A stretch of DNA of 64,000 nucleotides, from the NCBI GenBank assembly GCA_046484945.1, contig JAWOHY010000022.1, forward strand, positions 601 through 64,600, in the 5' to 3' direction. Positions 18,792 through 26,905 of the stretch are shown piece after piece (the stretch's first letter is position 1; each line of letters begins with the position of its first letter). Under the pieces are notes generated by a model. It made no database searches. It had not been told where the DNA came from and saw only the letters and a list, made by a program, of their open reading frames with translations. This stretch comes from Bacteroidales bacterium. GTDB lineage: Bacteria; Bacteroidota; Bacteroidia; Bacteroidales; JAGOPY01. The position numbers and the translations under genes are program-made.

Positions 18792-19784
18792 TTATAACTG
18801 GTTTCTTGCCGGTAATTCGCGGATTTTCTCCAGGATCTGGTAAGCGACATCCAGCGCTTCATAGCCATCGTTGATCGTGACTGGCGGTATGGTATTGTTC
18901 ACAATGGCATGGTAAAAACTTTCCAGTTCGGTTATGATGGCATTGGTATCCCTGATCTCAGGGTTTTCAAGTATGATTTGCTTTTTGCCTTTATCTTTCC
19001 CCAGGTCAATCACAAAGGCGAGTGGATCGGAAAGATCTTCCGGCACATCCTGCATCCTGATAATATCGACTTTTTTCTGAAGAAAATCGACCGAGATATA
19101 GGCATCCCGCTGAAAGAACCTGGTCTTCCGCATATTCTTCATCGAAATGCGGCTGGCGGTAAGGTTGGCGGTACAACCGTTGTCGAATTCGATACGTGCA
19201 TTGGCGATATCGGGTGTATCACTAACGATGGGGACGCCGCTGGCATGGATACGACGGATATTCGATTTGACAACGCTCAATATGATATCGATATCATGGA
19301 TCATCAGGTCGAGGACTACGGGGACGTCGGTTCCCCTGGGGTTAAACTGTGCCAGACGGTGGGCTTCGATGAACATCGGCTTGGTGATGAATGGCTGTGC
19401 GGCCATGAAAGCGGGATTAAACCGTTCGACATGCCCCACCTGTACCTTTACCCCGGCCTCATCGGCAAAGACCATGAGCTGACGGGCCTCTTCCGGTGTT
19501 GTGACAACCGGTTTTTCAATGAAGACATGCCTGGCTTTTTTCAATGACCGCGAAGCACAATCGAAATGGGAAATCGTAGGAGTCACGATATCAACCACAT
19601 CCACGGCATCAATCAATTCGTCAATCCCTGGAAATCTTGTAATACCAAATTCTTTCTCCACCCTGCCGGCTGTTTTTTCATCCGCATCATAAAAGCCTTT
19701 CAACTCATATTTCGACAGTTCGCTGATACATTTTAAATGAATCTTTCCAAGATGGCCGGCGCCCAGAACCCCAATTTTTAGCAT
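18792..19784 (-). CDS. Gfo/Idh/MocA-family NAD(P)-dependent oxidoreductase
   Basis: Rossmann motif IGVLGAGHLGKIH directly after the ATG at 19784. The ORF-track start at 19847 adds 21 unlikely residues. A TAATTTTG box lies just upstream. Confidence 0.85.
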   Translation of the reverse strand: MLKIGVLGAGHLGKIHLKCISELSKYELKGFYDADEKTAGRVEKEFGITRFPGIDELIDAVDVVDIVTPTISHFDCASRSLKKARHVFIEKPVVTTPEEARQLMVFADEAGVKVQVGHVERFNPAFMAAQPFITKPMFIEAHRLAQFNPRGTDVPVVLDLMIHDIDIILSVVKSNIRRIHASGVPIVSDTPDIANARIEFDNGCTANLTASRISMKNMRKTRFFQRDAYISVDFLQKKVDIIRMQDVPEDLSDPLAFVIDLGKDKGKKQIILENPEIRDTNAIITELESFYHAIVNNTIPPVTINDGYEALDVAYQILEKIRELPARNQL

Positions 19785-19796
19785 TATTTCTGAATT

Positions 19797-20561
19797 TTGT
19801 GCAAAATTAGTCTTTTTGGTGTAAAAAACATCACCCGACAGCTGCATCGGATATACGACTGTTTTATTACTTTCGCTGCTTCAAACACAACGCTCTTGGA
19901 GAATAATTCTTTGCAACACGACAATTACCGTCATAAAGGCTTGCGGAAGCGGCTGATCGACTCACTCAGGGAAAAAGGAATAAAGGATGAAAATGTCTTA
20001 CGGGCGATGAACCAGGTCCCCCGGCATCTTTTCCTGGATTCCTCCTTCCTGGAATTTGCTTACCAGGACAAGGCATTTCCCATTGGGTCGGGGCAGACTA
20101 TTTCGCAGCCTTACACGGTGGCCTACCAGTCGGAACTTCTCCGGGTAAAACCCGAGGAGAAGATACTGGAGATCGGCACCGGTTCCGGTTATCAATCCTG
20201 CGTTTTGCTGGAAATGGGCGCCAAGGTATATACCATCGAAAGACAGAAAAACCTGTTCGAAAAAACAAAGGCCCGGCTTGCTGTGATAGGTTACAAACCG
20301 AAGATGTTTTACGGGGACGGTTATAAAGGGCTGCCGGCATTTGCCCCTTTCGACAAAATTCTCATCACGGCTGCCGCCCCTGAGATCCCGCAGCCATTGC
20401 TCGATCAAGTGAAACCCGGTGGGATCCTTGTCGTACCGGTCGGCCCGCCAGAACTGCAGGTAATGGTCACTTTGCATAAATCCTTGGATGGAGAAACCGT
20501 CCGGAAAGAGCACGACACCTTCCGCTTCGTGCCCATGCTCGGCAACAAAGCGAGAGACTGA
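19797..20561 (+). CDS. pcm: Protein-L-isoaspartate O-methyltransferase (start uncertain; TTG at 19896 or 19911 is more plausible than the ATG at 19797)
   Basis: Motifs GQTISQPYTVA and the SAM-binding LEIGTGSGYQ. Homologues begin close to the ..YRHKGLRKRL.. segment. Confidence 0.85.
   Translation: MCKISLFGVKNITRQLHRIYDCFITFAASNTTLLENNSLQHDNYRHKGLRKRLIDSLREKGIKDENVLRAMNQVPRHLFLDSSFLEFAYQDKAFPIGSGQTISQPYTVAYQSELLRVKPEEKILEIGTGSGYQSCVLLEMGAKVYTIERQKNLFEKTKARLAVIGYKPKMFYGDGYKGLPAFAPFDKILITAAAPEIPQPLLDQVKPGGILVVPVGPPELQVMVTLHKSLDGETVRKEHDTFRFVPMLGNKARD
19802..19809 (-). promoter_or_regulatory. Candidate -7 box TAATTTTG for the Gfo/Idh/MocA gene
   Basis: Exact TAnnTTTG on the minus strand, 18 nt upstream of the ATG at 19784. 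Confidence 0.4.
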
Positions 20562-20572
20562 GAAAGGATTGT

Positions 20573-20684
20573 TATTGGGTATTGGGCGGAGTCTCCTGTC
20601 TCCTGTCTTCTAACTTCTATCTTCTAACTTCTATCTTCTAACTTCTATCTTCTAACTTCTATCTTCTAACTTCTAACTTCTTTT
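20573..20684. repeat. Composite heptamer tandem array (16 in-register units)
   Basis: Read directly: TATTGGG x2, CGGAGTC, TCCTGTC x2, then TTCTAAC/TTCTATC x10, then TTCTTTT. That is 112 nt = 16 x 7. It begins 12 nt after the pcm stop. Confidence 0.95.
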
Positions 20685-20687
20685 TAC

Positions 20688-20695
20688 TACCTTTG
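20688..20695 (+). promoter_or_regulatory. Candidate -7 box TACCTTTG for the downstream lipoprotein gene
   Basis: Exact TAnnTTTG, 39 nt upstream of the ATG at 20735 and immediately after the heptamer array. Confidence 0.4.
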
Positions 20696-20734
20696 TATCT
20701 TCAAACAAGAACATTAATTTAAAATTTGTCAACA

Positions 20735-21625
20735 ATGAAAAAGACACTGATTTTCGCATTATCGTTACTGGTTTCATCGGCGCTTTTCTTTTCGTCCTGC
20801 ACGGATGATGACGACCCGCTGAATCAACCACCCACCATCAGCTTTATTTCCGGCGCTAATTTTATTTCGGGAGATGCCACTCTGAAAGTGAACGAAAGCT
20901 TCACCGTAAAGGTACTGGCAGAAGCCAACGCTGAATCCGGTTCTAAAATCCAGACGCTGAAGATCAGCCGGGTATATAACCTGCAGGCCTGGGATACTAC
21001 ATTTACGTATAATGACGCAACGTTTACATTTGAAGCGACCTTCACGGCCAATTCTCAAATAGGTATTGAAAGAATTACATTTGAAATTACCGATAAGGCC
21101 GGGCAAAAGGCTTCGATATACCTGGACATTACCACTGAGCCGGATGTCATCCCCATTGAGTATTTCTCCATGAGAATTATGGGATCTTACCTGAGTGTCA
21201 CCGGCAGTTCATTCGCTTCCATCAACGGGAATGTATATACAATGGCAGAGGCCTTTGCCAACCAGGCAATTATCGACCTCCTGTATTGGTGGGGAGCATC
21301 AGCTTTTGCCACAATCGGAGCGCCTGATGATGAAAATGCAAATCTGGTTTATACCGGCCCCAACGGTTTACAGAACTGGACTACCAAGAATGGAACCCGG
21401 TTCAAGACCACTACAGTGACTGCCACTGAATTCGATGCACTTAATGATGGCGCCCTGATTATCGATGCCGCCACCGGATCGGATCAGACACGCATAGGTT
21501 CCCTGACTGTCGGAAATGTGATCGCCTTTATCACGGTAACCGGTAAACACGGCCTGATCAAGGTGGTGAATATCAATGATGGCGCTGCCGGCGATATCAC
21601 CATCGATATAAAGGTGGAACTTTAG
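20735..21625 (+). CDS. Hypothetical lipoprotein
   Basis: The ATG at 20735 gives MKKTLIFALSLLVSSALFFSSC (signal peptide plus lipobox Cys). The ORF-track start at 20726 is a TTG. I recognise no family. Confidence 0.65.
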   Translation: MKKTLIFALSLLVSSALFFSSCTDDDDPLNQPPTISFISGANFISGDATLKVNESFTVKVLAEANAESGSKIQTLKISRVYNLQAWDTTFTYNDATFTFEATFTANSQIGIERITFEITDKAGQKASIYLDITTEPDVIPIEYFSMRIMGSYLSVTGSSFASINGNVYTMAEAFANQAIIDLLYWWGASAFATIGAPDDENANLVYTGPNGLQNWTTKNGTRFKTTTVTATEFDALNDGALIIDAATGSDQTRIGSLTVGNVIAFITVTGKHGLIKVVNINDGAAGDITIDIKVEL

Positions 21626-21664
21626 TATTTTCGTTAATTTTTCGTTAATTACGGTTCTCTACAT

Positions 21665-21712
21665 ATTCATCTCCATCATTTTTGATAATTTTGAAAAATG
21701 ATGGAGATGAAT
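21665..21712. promoter_or_regulatory. Perfect 19-bp inverted repeat enclosing the phhA start codon, with a TAATTTTG box in its loop
   Basis: ATTCATCTCCATCATTTTT (21665-21683) is the exact reverse complement of AAAAATGATGGAGATGAAT (21694-21712). The loop GATAATTTTG contains TAATTTTG (21686-21693). ATG codons at 21698, 21701 and 21707 lie in the 3' arm. Confidence 0.6.
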
Positions 21713-23443
21713 CATATACTGGAAAAGCTTCCCCGGCACCTGATGCAGCTGGTGATCGACCAGCCTTATAACAGCTATACGGCCCAGGATCATGCCGTCT
21801 GGCGGTATGTGATGCGGCAGAATGTCCGCTATCTGAGCAAGGTAGCCCATGGTTCATACGTAGACGGGCTGACAAGGACCGGCATTTCCATTGACAGCAT
21901 TCCCCACATGTACGGAATGAACCGGATCCTGAAGGAGATCGGATGGGCGTCAATAGCGGTAGACGGGTTCATTCCCCCGGCAGCATTCATGGAATTCCAG
22001 GCTTATAATGTCCTGGTCATCGCCGCCGATATCCGCCCGATCGATCAGATTGAATACACCCCGGCGCCTGATATTATTCACGAAGCCGCCGGCCATGCCC
22101 CCATCATCGCCGATCCGGAATATGCGGCATACCTGAAGTTATTCGGGGAAATCGGCTCCAAAGCTTTCTCATCAGCCCGCGATTATGAGATCTATGAAGC
22201 CGTCCGCCACCTTTCCATTTTGAAGGCCGACCCCTACACCTCATCTGAAGCCATTGCAAAAGCAGAAAAGGATCTCGCTGAAGCTGAGGCTATACAGGAA
22301 ACACCTTCCGAAATGTCGCGCATCCGGAACCTGCACTGGTGGACAGTCGAATACGGTCTGATCGGCGACCTGCATAAGCCTAAAATCTATGGTGCAGGCC
22401 TTCTGTCATCCATCGGGGAAAGTTATTCTTCTTTACAGCCCCAGGTAAAAAAATTACCTTACTCCATCGAAGCCGCCAACTATAACTTCGACATTACCAC
22501 CCGGCAGCCCCAGCTGTTCGTGACGCCTGATTTTAAACACCTGACCGATGTATTGCACGAATTCGAGAAAACGATGGCACTGCGGACCGGCGGTATGGAC
22601 GGAGTGATGAAGGCTATTGAATCGGGCTATACCGGAACCTGTGTTTATAGTTCGGGATTGCAGGTTTCCGGAACATTCCAGGAAATGATCGTCCACCGGG
22701 AAGCGCCCGTCTATGTCAAAACGGAAGGGCCATCCCAGCTATGCTTTGAGGGCAGGCAACTGGAAGGCCACGGCAAGGATTACCATAACCATGGTTTCAG
22801 TTCCCCAGTCGGAAAATTAAAAGATATCGCCACTCCCCTGGAAATGCTGACCGACGGTGACCTGGAAAACCTTGGTATGGTCACGGGCAAATACGCGTCG
22901 CTTACATTCGAATCAGGAGTGATTGTCAAAGGAATACTTGATAAGATATGCCGTAAAAAGGGACTTGTCATCCTGATGACCTTCACCGGTTGCACCGTGA
23001 CATTCAGGGACAAAGTCCTGTTCCAGCCCGAATGGGGTACCTATGACATGGCCGTCGGAGAAAAGATCATCTCGGCTTTTTCCGGGCCGGCCGATCCGTT
23101 TGCTTTCGAACTGGAATATCCCGTTCCGAAGGAAAAAACCCACAAGATCGTCCATTCACCCGAGGCAATCCGGCTGCACAACCTTTATCAGGCAGTAAGG
23201 GATATCCGTGAAAATGGAAATGACCGGATGAAATTACATGAAATCTGGCAACAAGTAAGCCGTCAATATCCTGAGGAGTGGCTGTTACCCATGGAAATGC
23301 TGGAAATTGTTGCCGGGAAACTCCAGGATGAATTGCTGCAAAAAGAAATCAGAAAATACCTGGATGAAAAAAAAGTGGCTGATCCGGGTTTAGCGTCCCT
23401 GATTGAAAACGGTTATGCTCTTATCTCCGGGTCAAATGAGTAG
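21698..23443 (+). CDS. phhA: Aromatic amino acid (phenylalanine-4-) hydroxylase, long form with a ~280-aa C-terminal extension
   Basis: Iron-binding motif PDIIHEAAGHAP and ...GAGLLSSIGE... in the N-terminal half. It lies next to the homogentisate-pathway genes. Confidence 0.85.
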   Translation: MMEMNHILEKLPRHLMQLVIDQPYNSYTAQDHAVWRYVMRQNVRYLSKVAHGSYVDGLTRTGISIDSIPHMYGMNRILKEIGWASIAVDGFIPPAAFMEFQAYNVLVIAADIRPIDQIEYTPAPDIIHEAAGHAPIIADPEYAAYLKLFGEIGSKAFSSARDYEIYEAVRHLSILKADPYTSSEAIAKAEKDLAEAEAIQETPSEMSRIRNLHWWTVEYGLIGDLHKPKIYGAGLLSSIGESYSSLQPQVKKLPYSIEAANYNFDITTRQPQLFVTPDFKHLTDVLHEFEKTMALRTGGMDGVMKAIESGYTGTCVYSSGLQVSGTFQEMIVHREAPVYVKTEGPSQLCFEGRQLEGHGKDYHNHGFSSPVGKLKDIATPLEMLTDGDLENLGMVTGKYASLTFESGVIVKGILDKICRKKGLVILMTFTGCTVTFRDKVLFQPEWGTYDMAVGEKIISAFSGPADPFAFELEYPVPKEKTHKIVHSPEAIRLHNLYQAVRDIRENGNDRMKLHEIWQQVSRQYPEEWLLPMEMLEIVAGKLQDELLQKEIRKYLDEKKVADPGLASLIENGYALISGSNE

Positions 23444-24307
23444 GACTTTCAGCGCTTCATAAACTTCTCCCCTGTCAATCAGCTCTTTTGCCAGCGAATG
23501 CAATGCGTGGTGTTGATCGTTGGATTTTTCCAGCAAAGCGATCAGATGCGACTGCTTTGCAGCCCCTTCGATCTCTTGCCGGGAGGGCATCGATGGGAGG
23601 TTTCCCAGTCGCCCCAGGTCATTTCCGGTAAGTATTCTACTCATTCTGACATGTTCCGGCAATGAGTCAACACCGATACCGATTGATGATATCGGTTTTT
23701 CAACCCGGAAGATACCTTCACCGAAGGCTTTGCAATACCAGTCGCGGCCCATTCTTCCGACCAGCCTGATCTGTTCCTGGTCAATCAACCCGTCTTCGGC
23801 CAGTACATCCTCACTGATGTGCATCAACAGCACTTCACAGATCACCAGGTTGGCCGCACCGCCCCCCTGGCCTGTCTCAATGACATCGCGGACTTTGCAT
23901 TCCAGTTGCACCGGTGACTCTTTCACGCGGAAGGGTTTTACTTTTTCAGAATCCAGTTTGGTAAAGCCGGCTTTTTCAAATTCATCCACACCACCGGGAA
24001 ATTCCGTACTGGCCAGACTGGCCTGGTTGACCATTTCGTAAGTCACGACATTGATCACCACCTCAGGCACCGCCTTCACATTTTCATAAGTATGCTTGGT
24101 GGTATTGTCACGTCCCCGTCGGGAGGGCGAGAAAATCAATGTAGTAGGATTTACTCCGAAGACATTAAAGAAACTGAATGGCGAAAGATTGGGTCTCCCT
24201 TCGGCATCCACCGTGCTGGCAAACGCGATGGGGCGCGGGCCTATGCTCCCCAGGAGAAGCTGGTGCATGCGCTGTGAAGAGATATCTGCAGGGAAATAGG
24301 AAAGCAT
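23432..24307 (-). CDS. Flavin reductase-like (FMN-binding split-barrel) protein
   Basis: 291 aa. The N-terminal segment LLLGSIGPRPIAFASTVDAEGRPNLSPFSFFN is typical of the flavin reductase-like domain. Its 3' end overlaps phhA by 12 nt (convergent). Confidence 0.8.
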   Translation of the reverse strand: MLSYFPADISSQRMHQLLLGSIGPRPIAFASTVDAEGRPNLSPFSFFNVFGVNPTTLIFSPSRRGRDNTTKHTYENVKAVPEVVINVVTYEMVNQASLASTEFPGGVDEFEKAGFTKLDSEKVKPFRVKESPVQLECKVRDVIETGQGGGAANLVICEVLLMHISEDVLAEDGLIDQEQIRLVGRMGRDWYCKAFGEGIFRVEKPISSIGIGVDSLPEHVRMSRILTGNDLGRLGNLPSMPSRQEIEGAAKQSHLIALLEKSNDQHHALHSLAKELIDRGEVYEALKVLLI

Positions 24308-24316
24308 GGTGGAGAT

Positions 24317-24357
24317 ATGTTGTATGTATTATGTTGTATGTTGTATGTATTATGTTA
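24317..24357. repeat. Heptamer-periodic array (TTGTATG / TATTATG units)
   Basis: atgTTGTATG TATTATG TTGTATG TTGTATG TATTATG tta, lying between the fahA stop and the flavin reductase start. Confidence 0.85.
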
Positions 24358-24365
24358 TCAGTGAT

Positions 24366-25670
24366 TTAAGATTTAGCGGGTAAAATTGTCGTAATTGCTT
24401 CGCCGAAGCCGATGCGAAGGCCGTTTTTTTCGGCCCAGCCCCGCATGATGACCGTATCGGCGTCGTGCAGGAATTTCCGCTCTGTGCCATCGGGCATGCG
24501 GATGGGTTTGGTTCCTTTCCAGGTAATCTCCAGCATTGACCCGAACGATCCCTCCTCCGGCCCGCTGATCGTCCCGGAGGCATAAATATCACCCGTCCTG
24601 ACATTGCATCCGTTCACCGTATGATGCGCCAGTTGCTGGCACATGTTCCAGTACATGTATTTAAAATTGGTCCGGCAAACGACAAAGCCACCATCTGCAA
24701 GGGTTTCATCAGTCTCCGGCAAACGGCCATCGGCCAACGGTCTTATCGCAACTTCCAGTTGAATATCATAGTTCCTGGCACCTTCAAACTTCAGGTAAGG
24801 GAGTACTTCCGGATCCTGAACAGGCCCCTTCACCCGGAAAGGTTCCAACGCTTCCAGGGTAACGATCCAGGGTGAAATGACCGAGCCAAAATTTTTACTC
24901 AGAAAAGGCCCCAGCGGAACATACTCCCATTTCTGAATATCCCGGGCTGACAAATCATTAAATAACACTAATCCAAAGATATAGTCTTCTGCATTTGAAG
25001 TAGTGATTGAAGTGCCTAAATCGGTATTTCCGCCTACGATGAATCCCATCTCCAGCTCAAAATCAAACTGTTTTGTCGGACCAAAGACAGGCATTGGTTT
25101 GTCATCAGCTTTCGCCTGGCCTTTTGGCCGATGAATGGGGGTTCCCGAGACAACAATTGATGAGGCCCGGCCATGATAGCCAACGGGTATGTGCTTCCAG
25201 TTCGGCAGGAGAGCATTGGCCGGATCGCGGAACATTTTTCCGACATTGGTGGCGTGCTCCTCGCTGGAATAAAAATCGGTGTAATCACCCACAGAAACGG
25301 GCAGGTGCATTTTTACCTCATTGGCAGGATACAGGGCAAGGCCTTGCAGCTCGAGATTTTCTTTGATCACAGGATTATCCGAAGCAAACAACGTCATAAG
25401 CCGTTCCCTGACTCTCCGGGTAACCGGTTTGCCAAGGGAGATGAAATCGTTCAGGACAGGTTTGTGAAAGACACCCAGATCACTGATCTCCAAATCATCA
25501 AAAAAACCATGATCAGCCAGGACCGAAAGGTCGATCACTGTATTGCCGATCCGTGTTGCCGGCCCGGGACTTTTCACCCCGGAACTGAAAATTCCAAACG
25601 GGATATTCTGCAACGGAAAATCACTTCCCGAAGGAACCCTGATCCAGCTATATCTTAAATCATCAACCAT
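24366..25670 (-). CDS. fahA: Fumarylacetoacetase
   Basis: 434 aa. N-terminal FAA domain (FPLQNIPFGIFS) plus a C-terminal FAH fold. The gene is in the tyrosine catabolic cluster. Confidence 0.92.
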   Translation of the reverse strand: MVDDLRYSWIRVPSGSDFPLQNIPFGIFSSGVKSPGPATRIGNTVIDLSVLADHGFFDDLEISDLGVFHKPVLNDFISLGKPVTRRVRERLMTLFASDNPVIKENLELQGLALYPANEVKMHLPVSVGDYTDFYSSEEHATNVGKMFRDPANALLPNWKHIPVGYHGRASSIVVSGTPIHRPKGQAKADDKPMPVFGPTKQFDFELEMGFIVGGNTDLGTSITTSNAEDYIFGLVLFNDLSARDIQKWEYVPLGPFLSKNFGSVISPWIVTLEALEPFRVKGPVQDPEVLPYLKFEGARNYDIQLEVAIRPLADGRLPETDETLADGGFVVCRTNFKYMYWNMCQQLAHHTVNGCNVRTGDIYASGTISGPEEGSFGSMLEITWKGTKPIRMPDGTERKFLHDADTVIMRGWAEKNGLRIGFGEAITTILPAKS

Positions 25671-25673
25671 TAC

Positions 25674-25740
25674 AATTCAACACTCAAAATTCAACATTCA
25701 AAATTCAAAATTCAACATTCAACATTCAACATTCAACATT
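25674..25740. repeat. Heptamer array, [A/C]ATTCAA x9 plus a partial unit
   Basis: AATTCAA CACTCAA AATTCAA CATTCAA AATTCAA AATTCAA CATTCAA x3 CATT. It fills the entire hppD-fahA spacer and abuts the hppD stop codon. Confidence 0.95.
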
Positions 25741-26834
25741 TATAGCGTTCCTCTTCTGGCCTGTTCCCTTTCGATTGATTCAAACAGCGCTTTAAAATTC
25801 CCTTTTCCAAATGATTTCGCCCCTTTGCGCTGGATAATCTCGTAAAATACCGTGGGCCTGTCTTCCACCGGCTTGGTAAAGATCTGCAGCAAATATCCTT
25901 CGTCATCCCTGTCGACCAGGATATTGAGCTCTTTCAGCGGGAGCAGGTCTTCATCGATCTCGCCTACCCTGTCGAGCACATCATCGTAATATGCGTCAGG
26001 AACATAGAGGAACTCCACCCCGCGCCTGCGCAGCTCGCTGACCGTGTGGATGATATTATCGGTGGCCATGGCGACATGCTGTACGCCCGCTCCGCGATAA
26101 TAATCAATATACTCCTCGATCTGGGACTTTTTCTTTCCTTCTGCCGGTTCATTCAACGGGAATTTGATCCGGTCATTACCGTTGGCCATTACTTTCGACA
26201 TCAATGCCGTATATTCGGTGGAGATGTCCTTGTCGTCGAAAGAGATCAGTTGTCTGAATCCCATGACATCGGCATAGAATTTGGCCCACTTGTTCATTTC
26301 ACCCCAACCCACATTACCGACCATGTGATCAACATATTTCAGGCCGATGGGTTCAGTCTTATATGCCGGTTGCCATTTTGTAAAACCAGGAAGGAAGGGG
26401 CCATGGTAGTCCTTGCGTTCAACAAAGATGTGCACTGTATCGCCGTAGGTGTGGATACCGGAACGGACGACCCGTCCATGCTCATCCTCTTCGGTAAATG
26501 GTTGAATATAGGGTTTCGCTCCTCTTTTAACGGTTTCGTTAAAAGCGCTGGTGGCATCATCCACCCATAACGCGACTGCTTTTACCCCGTCGCCGTGCAG
26601 TTTCACATGCTCCCCGATAGGAGAACCGGGGACGAGGGCGGTGGTGAAAACAAACCGGATCTTATCCTGCGCCAGGACATAGGAACTTTTTTCCTTATCG
26701 CCCGTTTCGAGCCCTTTATAGGCCAGGGGCTGAAAACCAAAAGCGGTTTGATAATAGTAAGCCGCCTGCTTGGCATTGCCTACATAAAACTCTACGTAAT
26801 CGGTGCCGTTTATGGGAAGGAAATCGTGGGACAT
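25740..26834 (-). CDS. hppD: 4-hydroxyphenylpyruvate dioxygenase
   Basis: 364 aa. Hallmark C-terminus FYEIIQRKGAKSFGKGNFKALFESIEREQARRG, with two VOC-fold halves. Confidence 0.95.
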   Translation of the reverse strand: MSHDFLPINGTDYVEFYVGNAKQAAYYYQTAFGFQPLAYKGLETGDKEKSSYVLAQDKIRFVFTTALVPGSPIGEHVKLHGDGVKAVALWVDDATSAFNETVKRGAKPYIQPFTEEDEHGRVVRSGIHTYGDTVHIFVERKDYHGPFLPGFTKWQPAYKTEPIGLKYVDHMVGNVGWGEMNKWAKFYADVMGFRQLISFDDKDISTEYTALMSKVMANGNDRIKFPLNEPAEGKKKSQIEEYIDYYRGAGVQHVAMATDNIIHTVSELRRRGVEFLYVPDAYYDDVLDRVGEIDEDLLPLKELNILVDRDDEGYLLQIFTKPVEDRPTVFYEIIQRKGAKSFGKGNFKALFESIEREQARRGTL

Positions 26835-26842
26835 ACCTTTAC

Positions 26843-26876
26843 AATTTTGAATTTTGAATTTTGAATTTTGAATTTG
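26843..26876. repeat. Heptamer array AATTTTG x4 plus a degenerate tail (inverted relative to 25674-25740)
   Basis: AATTTTG at 26843, 26850, 26857 and 26864, then AATTTGT. It starts 9 nt upstream of the hppD ATG in gene sense. Confidence 0.95.
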
Positions 26877-26905
26877 TTTGGAATTTGGTGCTTGTATTTT
26901 GGGAT

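Noticed and set aside
21630-21649. Direct repeat TTCGTTAATT x2 just after the lipoprotein gene stop
   Set aside because: There are only two copies of a 10-mer in AT-rich spacer. It could be part of the array phenomenon or chance, and is insufficient on its own.
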